In this document: one piece after another, positions 7,324 through 15,146 of the stretch | Position numbering within the stretch: position 1 is the first letter of the stretch | Layout of the letters: each line of letters starts with the position of its first letter | Source of the DNA: a virus | DNA length: 29,552 nucleotides | Reading direction: 5' to 3' (one strand) | IMG/VR virus record: IMGVR_UViG_3300008452_005759 | The notes under the pieces: generated by a model | Seen by the model: only the letters and a program-made list of their open reading frames with translations | What the model was told of the DNA's origin: nothing | The model's database searches: none | Position numbers and translations under genes: made by a program

Positions 7324-7653
7324 ATGAACTCTGAATGGCAGCATCTTGCTGCTTGCCGTTCTACACCAAAAGAAGACGACTTCTTTGATACTAGAGAAGT
7401 TTATCTTAGAACCTTATCTAGAAGATATTGTCATTCTTGTCCTGTTAGAACTCAGTGTTTATATGTTGCGTTAGTTAATGATGATATTTATGGCCTTTGG
7501 GGAGCTCTTACTCCAAAGCAAAGAAAGTACTATCTTCGTCAGATTTATTCTTACGCAGAAGAACATAACATTCCTACAAACGATTGGAGCCATGAGTTAG
7601 ATGAAGTCTTCCAACTCTTCTCAACGCTTCCAAAGATTAAGCAGTATTTTTAA
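7324..7653 (+). CDS. WhiB-like Fe-S transcriptional regulator
   Basis: ...HLAACRSTPKEDDFF...YCHSCPVRTQCLYVALVNDDIYGLWGALTPKQRKY: four Cys including CxxCPVRxxCL and G(L/V)WG turn. Start at ATG 7324 (track start is TTG). Confidence 0.9.
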   Translation: MNSEWQHLAACRSTPKEDDFFDTREVYLRTLSRRYCHSCPVRTQCLYVALVNDDIYGLWGALTPKQRKYYLRQIYSYAEEHNIPTNDWSHELDEVFQLFSTLPKIKQYF

Positions 7654-8086
7654 CTATAAAAAAATACCAAAATCTTTTTATACACTTGGCTCATTGTTAG
7701 CTTTTGCAGCTATCAACTACACAGTTATACATAGCCCTGTAGTTTTATTGGCAACTCTTGGACTATTAGTGCATGAGCTTGCTCATTACTTCTATGCAAA
7801 AGCATACAAGGCAAAGGTCTCTCTTCCAATATTTTTACCTTTTCCTTTTATCGCAATTGCGTTTGTTAAAGTAAAAGATTTGCATTTGTCGCATAAACCC
7901 TATGTTGCAATAGCTGGTATGATCTTTGCTTCTTTAATGTATTTATTTACTTTTATATTTAATTTTTATCATTCTTTTTATTCTATATGTATACCTTTAA
8001 TTTTTATTACATTTGAACTTTTATTTAACATCATTGGTTCTGACGGTATGAAATTCCGTTCATCCAGATCGAGAATGGCTGTATAA
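7601..8086 (+). CDS. membrane M50/site-2-protease-like metalloprotease
   Basis: HExxH in a membrane context (LGLLVHELAHYFYAKAYKAKVSLPIFLPFPFIAI) and second motif-like NIIGSDG; several TM segments. Start uncertain, overlaps the whiB-like end. Confidence 0.75.
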   Translation: MKSSNSSQRFQRLSSIFNYKKIPKSFYTLGSLLAFAAINYTVIHSPVVLLATLGLLVHELAHYFYAKAYKAKVSLPIFLPFPFIAIAFVKVKDLHLSHKPYVAIAGMIFASLMYLFTFIFNFYHSFYSICIPLIFITFELLFNIIGSDGMKFRSSRSRMAV

Positions 8087-8088
8087 CT

Positions 8089-8277
8089 ATGCATCTTTTA
8101 ATCCTTCCATTAATTGCTTTTAATCTTCGTATTAAAAACAAAAATACAAGGACTCGTTACATGATGGATATAGCTAATTATGGTTTAACAAATTCTATTA
8201 TCCACTCAAACAATTTAATTGGAGAACTACATGAATCTCAAACAAAAGAAAGAGAACCTATCTCTCAAAATCAATAA
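8089..8277 (+). CDS. hypothetical protein
   Basis: ORF only; overlaps the better-supported downstream start at 8231. Confidence 0.3.
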   Translation: MHLLILPLIAFNLRIKNKNTRTRYMMDIANYGLTNSIIHSNNLIGELHESQTKEREPISQNQ

Positions 8278-8491
8278 CTCTCTTGAGGATTATTATTTTG
8301 ATGTCCAGTCAATGGGCTCTCCTTCTGCACTAGATGAATCCCAATTAGCAAAGCTTGTTACTAAGCTTGCTGTCGGTGTTGCCACCGTATGGTGGACTGC
8401 TTTAGAGTTGAAGGATTATATAAAACTTCGAAAAGCCCACTCAGAATTTGAGGAAAGTATTAATGACTTCTTATCCAGAAAAGATTCCTAA
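8231..8491 (+). CDS. hypothetical protein (86 aa)
   Basis: ATG 8231 behind GGAG (attggagaactacatg). Confidence 0.6.
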   Translation: MNLKQKKENLSLKINNSLEDYYFDVQSMGSPSALDESQLAKLVTKLAVGVATVWWTALELKDYIKLRKAHSEFEESINDFLSRKDS

Positions 8492-8867
8492 GTCTGCTTC
8501 TCAGCAGATGAAGAACTTTTATTTTAATCTAGATTCTTCTAAGATTGTAAAATCAGATCTTGAAAATCAAATATCTAATCTTGATGATCGCATCAATAAA
8601 ATTGTTGATCATTTTACTTTAGATGATATTCCAATTATTCGTTTTATTTTAGGACAAAGCCACGACAAGGAAGAGCTTAAAAAACTTTCTAAAGCCTTAG
8701 ATCGTGTTGCTGATCTTGTTGAAGTAAAAGACAAACTGATAGAGAAACTTCAAGTTATTAAAACAGCAGAGAAAGATCCGAACTGGTTCGCTCTTACATT
8801 TGGTGACTTCTCTATTGATGTTGACCTTGAACTAGACAATATTTTATACGGAGATACAAATGACTGA
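8466..8867 (+). CDS. hypothetical coiled-coil-like protein
   Basis: ORF with stop overlapping the start of the downstream gene. Confidence 0.65.
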   Translation, partial: TSYPEKIPKSASQQMKNFYFNLDSSKIVKSDLENQISNLDDRINKIVDHFTLDDIPIIRFILGQSHDKEELKKLSKALDRVADLVEVKDKLIEKLQVIKTAEKDPNWFALTFGDFSIDVDLELDNILYGDTND

Positions 8868-10680
8868 TACATTTAATTATGCTTTTGTTAAGAATGAAGA
8901 AGGAAACTTTTCTGTTCGGTCTACAGTTAAATCTTTTAATTTAGATCACGTTACAGATAAAGATATTATTTCTTTTTATCATTCTTTTTCTAGCTATGCT
9001 TCTTTTGACACCGGCCTTCTTCCTTTGAATGGAACTGGTGTATTAGCTATTCGCACTGCTGGTCCTCACACTCAGGTCGTCACTCAGCATGCCCCTGGCA
9101 TGTATTATGTTAACTGGGGTGCACATGAAAGAGACTCATCTGCAAAAGCATATTATGTAGCTCAGCCATACCGTATTGTTATTGGTGATTTTGAAAATGG
9201 CAATCTTCTCGGTGCCAGAATGTTTTACTCACCTTTTCCAATTACTTCTCCTAGCAACATACTTTATCACGTAAACCTTCCTAACATTAACTGTAAGGGT
9301 TACCGTGGAAATGGTGTTGGTTGGATCTGCTTGTATCACACAGATGATTGGTCATCTCTTCCTTTTAATGAAAAGGTTGCTCGCTTTGTTGAGCGTTGTT
9401 CTGGCGTAGAAACATACAACGATGCTAACATGTCTGAGACTGATGGTCCTCGTTTTTATGCTGCGCACGGCAAGCCTGAATATATAACTAATCCTGCTTC
9501 TTGGCAGCAAAAGTCAGAAGAAGGATTTGTTTGGACATTAGATGACGATTTGTGGATTCCTGTTCTTGTTAAAGATATGGACCACCAAGACAGGCACTAT
9601 GAAGATGGCGAGCCATTGACTTTAGCTATGGCAATGCTTGGCAACTATCAGGCTTATTACACTGATAAAAACATTCCCAAGATGTACAATGTTATTTCTC
9701 GTAGCGATCTTTCTTTGAGTAATTCTAATATTGCTGACTTTATTAAGCGTTCTTTTGCTTCTGCTCCTGTTGTTTATCAGCACCAAACAAAAGACGATCC
9801 GTATGCATTTACTGTAAACCATCGTCAGCAAAATGGTTCTCCTGTTTTAAATCCTAATATTTTTATTTCAAACGATGAATCAGATCACATTACTTGTGCT
9901 GATTGCGAAGAGCTTTATCAGTCAGATGATATTAACTACACTGCTTATGATTCTCCTGTTTGTGAAAATTGCCTTCATGAGAATTACATTTTCATAGAGA
10001 GTGCTGATAAGTGGTATTACACAAGCGATGATGACCTTGTTTACTCAGAAATTGATGATTGTTATTATCATGGCGATTATGACCAAATAACTCTTTGTCA
10101 TTCTTGTGATAATTATTTTGGTACTCCCGGAAATATTCACAATACCCAAGAAAAACATCTTTCCAAGATTTATTGGGACCAATCCAAGAATCATATTTGC
10201 ATAGACTGTTTTAACGACATTGTTAATCCTCCTGTACCATTTGAAGATGATCCTTCTATCGTTACTTCGCAATGCGTTGGATGTAGCAAAAAAGTAATAA
10301 CCAATACTGGTTGGTCTTCTGTTTACCCAGAATTTAAAGCTCTTACTTATGATTCTGATTCTATGTCCATGGTTCCAAGTTCTCTTTATGCATGCCCCAG
10401 CTGTGCACCAAAGTACTATGTTTGCCCATGTGGTTTAGTTAAAGATAACTCTGAAATTAATGGACCTTGCACTCCTACTACATTTGATCTTGATGATAAA
10501 ACTCTTACTGTAAATTCTTGTTGTCAGTCTTGTCTTGGCAACGCGACAGAGCAAGATGGTTTTATCGTCATGAAGTATGTACCGTTCAGTGAAGATTCTT
10601 TTAATAAGGTCTTGAACAGTCCTATCATTAATCATGTAGCTGGTGTTTCTATCACCATAAAAGACACTGATGTCTTTTAA
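8860..10680 (+). CDS. putative E2-like (Prok-E2_D / PRTRC-B-like) domain fused to multiple Cys-rich treble-clef/RING-like modules (606 aa)
   Basis: N-terminal block YYVAQPYRIVIGDFENGNLLGARMFYSPFPITSPSNILYHVNLPNINCKGYRGNGVGWICLYH. C-terminal CxxC repeats: CADCEELY, PVCENC, LCHSCDNYF, ICIDCF, QCVGCSKK, YACPSCAPKYYVCPCG, CCQSC. Starts the JAMM/E1/Ubl cluster. Confidence 0.6.
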   Translation: MTDTFNYAFVKNEEGNFSVRSTVKSFNLDHVTDKDIISFYHSFSSYASFDTGLLPLNGTGVLAIRTAGPHTQVVTQHAPGMYYVNWGAHERDSSAKAYYVAQPYRIVIGDFENGNLLGARMFYSPFPITSPSNILYHVNLPNINCKGYRGNGVGWICLYHTDDWSSLPFNEKVARFVERCSGVETYNDANMSETDGPRFYAAHGKPEYITNPASWQQKSEEGFVWTLDDDLWIPVLVKDMDHQDRHYEDGEPLTLAMAMLGNYQAYYTDKNIPKMYNVISRSDLSLSNSNIADFIKRSFASAPVVYQHQTKDDPYAFTVNHRQQNGSPVLNPNIFISNDESDHITCADCEELYQSDDINYTAYDSPVCENCLHENYIFIESADKWYYTSDDDLVYSEIDDCYYHGDYDQITLCHSCDNYFGTPGNIHNTQEKHLSKIYWDQSKNHICIDCFNDIVNPPVPFEDDPSIVTSQCVGCSKKVITNTGWSSVYPEFKALTYDSDSMSMVPSSLYACPSCAPKYYVCPCGLVKDNSEINGPCTPTTFDLDDKTLTVNSCCQSCLGNATEQDGFIVMKYVPFSEDSFNKVLNSPIINHVAGVSITIKDTDVF

Positions 10681-10724
10681 TTTAAATACAAAATAATAAC
10701 CAATTCAATTTATTGGAGAAATAT

Positions 10725-12431
10725 ATGAATACCGAAGATATCACTTATGATGATACTAAACTAGAAGATTTGAATTTCTTCTGGACTAAGTCTGGTGTGC
10801 CTTGTTTTATGGCAGATCGAGACAACATGGAAGAAATTATTGAAAACCTTGGTTTTAATATTTATTACATGATTTGCAATACCGCTGTTGATCGCAAGAT
10901 TGAAACTAAGAATGTTGGATATAACTCTGCACCTACTTCCACTACAACAACTTGGGTTACAGATCTTTCAACAAATATTGTAAAGGTTGTTAACAACTTT
11001 GTTGGCCGTTCTGTTTCTATTGTAAAAGACGAAGACCTTTATGATTTTGAAATTACTCGCGAAACAGCTGAGTATACTCTTCCTCCAATTCCTCACGATA
11101 TTGTTATAAAGCTTGACGAGTTTTTCCGTTTGGTTGATGCTCAGCATGGGACTGAGTCCATTGTTCTTTTGACTTTTGATCCTGAATTTGAAGGAAGACC
11201 TGAAGGTTGGGGCGTCCTTGTTCCAGAGCAAGTAAACACTTCTGTTCACTGTAAGTATGACTCTGAAAGCATTGTTGACCAAAAGCCTGATCATGTTATG
11301 ATTGTTGGTTCAGTTCACAGTCATCCTAACATGGCAGCTTATGCTTCTGGTACTGACCACGCAGATCAGGCTGACTTTGACGGCATCCATATTACTTATG
11401 GTTGGCAAAAGTCCGTAAATGGCGGAGCTACTCAGTATCACATTGAAATGCAGATTGGCGGAAACGCTTGGACTCTTAAGCCTGAAGATGTTTTTGAAGA
11501 TTTTGTTTTTACTAAAGAGCCAGATCCCGATGTGATTGAATGGTCTCAAAAAGTAAAAAAAGCACACCCCCCTACGGGGGGAGCTCACAACAAAACTTCA
11601 ACGCTTCCGCAGTCCACTCAAGCCCAAACGACAACCACGCAGGCGCAGGTCTCTACTCCAGTTGGGGCTACTACTAGTACTAGATTTCGTTCGATAGGTG
11701 ATCCTAGATTTCAAGAGTATCCTAACGAAATTTTTGATGCTGCTGCTAGGTCTGGCGATGCTATGTTTATAGTTGAGCTTGATTATGCTCATACTGATTT
11801 GTTCTGCTATGCTTGCGCTAATGTCATTGTTGACTTTGATTTGTTTGACCAAGTATGTCCTGTTTGCGATATAATGTTCTGCGATGCTAAAGACGGAATA
11901 TCATCTATTCTTTCTGGTGCAGCAGAGTATCTCCGAATTCGCAATAAATCTACTAACATAGATTATTATCTTTGGTCTATGGATTCAGAAGGTAAAGAGA
12001 CATTTTCTAAAATAGCCAACAAGTCTTTTGATTCTGATAGCAAAGAAGTTCCTTTCTCAATTTTGCAATCTGATGATGAGTATCCAGTAAGCGATAATAT
12101 TGATGAGTATTATTATTCTGGATTTTCAGAGAAGAGAACTGTCTGCTGCAATATTGACATTAAAGATATTGAACTTTGTAAGTGCGAAAATACAGTAATA
12201 TACGACGACATTTTAGATTTTGATGTCGCTCATCCATATGATGTTTACAGTCGAAATGACTCTTGTATACATTGTCAGTATTATTACTCTAGAGAGTGCA
12301 CACCTTATTACACTTCTATCATAGAATTTGTAAAAACAAGAAGACCGATGGAATCGTCAATTCAACCCTGTTCAGATTGGGTTGAGCATCGTGATGATAC
12401 CTATCTCGAAAAAGGATATTTATATGACTGA
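10725..12431 (+). CDS. JAMM/MPN (JAB) metalloprotease, deubiquitinase-like, with Cys-rich C-terminal region
   Basis: VGSVHSHPNMAAYASGTDHAD = HxHx7SxxD JAMM motif, upstream Glu-containing strand; C-term FCYACANVIVDFDLFDQVCPVCD. SD GGAG then ATG 10725. Confidence 0.9.
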   Translation: MNTEDITYDDTKLEDLNFFWTKSGVPCFMADRDNMEEIIENLGFNIYYMICNTAVDRKIETKNVGYNSAPTSTTTTWVTDLSTNIVKVVNNFVGRSVSIVKDEDLYDFEITRETAEYTLPPIPHDIVIKLDEFFRLVDAQHGTESIVLLTFDPEFEGRPEGWGVLVPEQVNTSVHCKYDSESIVDQKPDHVMIVGSVHSHPNMAAYASGTDHADQADFDGIHITYGWQKSVNGGATQYHIEMQIGGNAWTLKPEDVFEDFVFTKEPDPDVIEWSQKVKKAHPPTGGAHNKTSTLPQSTQAQTTTTQAQVSTPVGATTSTRFRSIGDPRFQEYPNEIFDAAARSGDAMFIVELDYAHTDLFCYACANVIVDFDLFDQVCPVCDIMFCDAKDGISSILSGAAEYLRIRNKSTNIDYYLWSMDSEGKETFSKIANKSFDSDSKEVPFSILQSDDEYPVSDNIDEYYYSGFSEKRTVCCNIDIKDIELCKCENTVIYDDILDFDVAHPYDVYSRNDSCIHCQYYYSRECTPYYTSIIEFVKTRRPMESSIQPCSDWVEHRDDTYLEKGYLYD

Positions 12432-13173
12432 ACCTAAAAGAATAGTTCTTGTTGGAGCAGGTGGCATTGGCACTTGGCTTGCTGAGGGCGTAGTTAGAAT
12501 GCTGGAATGGAAGTTTCCAGGTTCTGCTTTGATTATTGTCGACGGAGATAATTATGAGGCTAAGAACTTAGAGCGTCAAAACTTTAGCCAGATGGGTAAT
12601 AAAGCATCTGTTAAAGCATTAGAGCTTTCCAAGCAATTTACTAATACAATGATTATTCCCATTCCAAAGTGGGTTGTATCAGATGATCATCGTGATACAG
12701 ATGAAGATTCAAACAAAATAAAAGCATCTGAGTTGATAACAGAAGGAGACGTAGTCTTGGCTGTTGTTGACAATTTTGCTGCTCGTAAAATTTTGTTTGA
12801 CGCAGCATCAAAGATCGACAATATCGATGTATTTACCGGTGGCAATGATGATAACCTGTTTGGCAGTGTTTATCATTATCGTCGGCGTGATGGACACGAT
12901 ATAACTTCTCATCCTGTAGAGACACATCCAGAGTACCAAAGTCCACCTGATAGAAATCCAGGTGAAATGTCTTGTCAGGAGAGAGCAGAAGTAGAAGGCG
13001 GAACACAGATTCTTGCTACCAACATGGCTGTTGCAGCCCTTCTACTCGGTCGTATTCAGCACACAATTGTGTCTGAACAAAATCCAGAACAGTCGGAGAT
13101 CTACTTTGATCTTGGGCTGGGAATGGCTCAACCTTTCAATCGTATGGTTGAAAGTCTAGTAAACATATCATAA
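12424..13173 (+). CDS. ThiF/E1-like adenylyltransferase
   Basis: RIVLVGAGGIGTWLAEGVVRML...LIIVDGDNYEAKNLERQNF (Rossmann plus ThiF D..N..RQ motif), candidate catalytic Cys in GEMSCQERAEVEGGTQILATNMAVAALLL. Overlaps JAMM stop. Confidence 0.93.
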   Translation: MTEPKRIVLVGAGGIGTWLAEGVVRMLEWKFPGSALIIVDGDNYEAKNLERQNFSQMGNKASVKALELSKQFTNTMIIPIPKWVVSDDHRDTDEDSNKIKASELITEGDVVLAVVDNFAARKILFDAASKIDNIDVFTGGNDDNLFGSVYHYRRRDGHDITSHPVETHPEYQSPPDRNPGEMSCQERAEVEGGTQILATNMAVAALLLGRIQHTIVSEQNPEQSEIYFDLGLGMAQPFNRMVESLVNIS

Positions 13174-13190
13174 CAACCAGGAGTAATCTC

Positions 13191-13442
13191 ATGGAACTTA
13201 ATTCACAGTCCAACAATACAGCATCTTCGTCTGGTGTAGCAAACGTCCGTTACGGCGTCTACAACCAGCCTGCTCCAGTTTCTGGCAAGACAATTGGCCA
13301 GGTTCGCGAGCAGTTCAGCAAGCTTTGGGGCATTAGCTCAGACGCAATTGCCTACAAGGGCAAGGACAAGCTCGACGAGAACTATGTCATTCAGGCTAAT
13401 GACAACATCGAGTTCCACCGTCGCGCAGGCGAAAAGGGCTGA
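13191..13442 (+). CDS. ubiquitin-like beta-grasp protein (83 aa)
   Basis: NVRYGVYNQPAPVSGKTIGQVREQFSKLWGISSDAIAYKGKDKLDENYVIQANDNIEFHRRAGEKG. Resembles prokaryotic Ubls; directly downstream of E1; strong SD CCAGGAG; C-terminal Gly. Confidence 0.85.
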   Translation: MELNSQSNNTASSSGVANVRYGVYNQPAPVSGKTIGQVREQFSKLWGISSDAIAYKGKDKLDENYVIQANDNIEFHRRAGEKG

Positions 13443-13457
13443 TTTAACCTTTCTTCA

Positions 13458-13502
13458 TGGGGGGGACACCGACTTCGGTTTGTGTCCCCCCCACCTTTTT
13501 TT
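13458..13502 (+). terminator. strong Rho-independent terminator
   Basis: 12-bp perfect stem TGGGGGGGACAC (13458-13469)/GTGTCCCCCCCA (13482-13493) followed by CC and T7. Confidence 0.92.
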
Positions 13503-13539
13503 AAAAGGCTATAATTTATTCTATACTATTGGAGACGCA

Positions 13540-15141
13540 GTGCTTTTCAATCAAATACAATTGGGTTTCCCAGCAATCTGGGTAAAGACCTTAGATTCAT
13601 ATCGACTAGAAGAAAATATACTTGCTTTAGATAAGCGTACATATTTTACAATTAACAAAGACGGCTTTAGCCAATTTGTTGACAATCAATGGAAGCCTGT
13701 TCTTGTAGCAATTGATAGTCCCGAAGACAGTAATCAGAAAATCTATAAGACTACTTCTGATATTTCTTTAGCATTCGATTACATGCTAAACACAGATTCT
13801 TTAAAGTCTGTTCAAAAAACTTTCATCAATCATTTTCTTGGTGATCCTGCGAACTTCTTTATGATGTTCGGTGGTCTTATTTCTTCACTACATTCTGAAT
13901 ATCGAACATCTTTTAAGACTGATAACTTGGAATCGATGCCTCTTCAGATGATAGTTATTTCTCATTTAGATCCTCCAGAGCAGATAGCTCATTTATTCCA
14001 TGTTGCAGAAGAGTCTTATCCAAACATGGAAGAGCTTAAATCTATCCTTTACCATATACATACTTCAACTAACGGCGAAGTCATTAATCCAGAGCTTGCA
14101 GATGAAATCGCAAAAGCTGGTCTTGGACTTAGCGAGTCTAAGTTTGTTAACTTGTGTCTTCTTTCTGTTCTTGAAAAAGGCACAGTTGATTCATCTTTTA
14201 TCTATGGAGAAAAGATGGCTAACGTTAAGAAGAATGGAATTCTCGAGATTATAAAGCCTAAGACCACTTTTGATAATATTGGTGGTCTTGACAACATTAA
14301 GAATGTTATTTTTAATAATCTTTATTTTTGGAACAATCCCCAAGAAGCAGAGAAGTTTGGCATTCAGCCTATCCGTCGCATTCTTACCGTTGGCATTCCT
14401 GGTACCGGTAAGTCTGCTATTTGTGAGGCTACTGCCAATGCGTTAGGTTTGGATCTTGCACGTACTGGCGTTAGCCAAGTTATGAATTCTTTCATTGGCC
14501 AGTCAGAACAGAATATGCGTGCCGTTTTCCAGCAAATTAAAGTTATGGCTCCATTGTGTGTTTGGATTGACGAGTTCGGTCGTGATATGTCTGGTGGTCA
14601 GAGTTCTTCTCATGTTGACGGTGGCACAACTGACCGTGTTCATGGTGAGTTTCTAACTGGTCTACAGGAACTTCCTGACAATGTATTCTTGATGTGTGCT
14701 GCTAACCAACTCAATCATCTTAAGCCAGAGATGCTTCGTGCAGAACGTTTCGACAAGATCTTCTTTGTTGGTTTACCTTCTTTTGAAGAGCGTGTTGAAA
14801 TTGTCAAGATTTATCTCCCTGAAGATACTTTTAATTATGAGGCTATTGCTAAAGCCACTAAGTATTTTACTGGTGCAGAGATAAAGTCCCTTATTAAAGA
14901 AGTTAAATTTAATATTGTAAGCTCTGAGCGTCGCTATCTTAATACTAAAGATGTTATTACTGCTGCTCCCAACATGCGTAACATTCTTTGGAATAAAGAA
15001 AGAGAAATGATTAAAGATCTCTATAGGCATGCCTATGAGAACTGGGACTGGGCTTCCAGCTTTCAATATAATGAAATAGATGATATACTAGGTAATTCTA
15101 AGTCTATCCAAAAAGATTCAGTTTGGTCAGTGAAAGGTTAG
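13540..15141 (+). CDS. AAA+ ATPase (Ycf46/Cdc48-like)
   Basis: GTG start 13540 behind GGAG. Contains DNIGGLDNIKNVIFNNLYFW...RRILTVGIPGTGKSAICEATANALG (Walker A), APLCVWIDEFGRDMSGG (Walker B), SRH-like LKPEMLRAERFDKIFFVGLPSFEER. Confidence 0.93.
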   Translation: MLFNQIQLGFPAIWVKTLDSYRLEENILALDKRTYFTINKDGFSQFVDNQWKPVLVAIDSPEDSNQKIYKTTSDISLAFDYMLNTDSLKSVQKTFINHFLGDPANFFMMFGGLISSLHSEYRTSFKTDNLESMPLQMIVISHLDPPEQIAHLFHVAEESYPNMEELKSILYHIHTSTNGEVINPELADEIAKAGLGLSESKFVNLCLLSVLEKGTVDSSFIYGEKMANVKKNGILEIIKPKTTFDNIGGLDNIKNVIFNNLYFWNNPQEAEKFGIQPIRRILTVGIPGTGKSAICEATANALGLDLARTGVSQVMNSFIGQSEQNMRAVFQQIKVMAPLCVWIDEFGRDMSGGQSSSHVDGGTTDRVHGEFLTGLQELPDNVFLMCAANQLNHLKPEMLRAERFDKIFFVGLPSFEERVEIVKIYLPEDTFNYEAIAKATKYFTGAEIKSLIKEVKFNIVSSERRYLNTKDVITAAPNMRNILWNKEREMIKDLYRHAYENWDWASSFQYNEIDDILGNSKSIQKDSVWSVKG

Positions 15142-15146
15142 TAAAC

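Noticed and set aside
9622-11852. Antisense minus-strand ORFs (9622-9831, 10045-10272, 10968-11294, 11310-11588, 11598-11852)
   Set aside because: All lie opposite well-supported cassette genes, lack recognisable motifs and look like codon-bias shadows.
13503-13530. TATAAT (13510) / TATACT (13522) as a separate promoter for the AAA gene
   Set aside because: No acceptable -35 at the right spacing (it would fall in the terminator C-run or T-tract). Not called as a promoter, although low-level readthrough or a weak promoter cannot be excluded.
13294-13539. Extended N-terminus of the AAA ORF (MARFASSSASFGALAQTQ...)
   Set aside because: Overlaps the Ubl gene and terminator in another frame and is Ser/Arg low-complexity; GTG 13540 with GGAG fits better.
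14000-15066. ORFs 14000-14254, 14696-14884 and minus 14773-15066
   Set aside because: Contained within the AAA+ ATPase CDS with no independent support.
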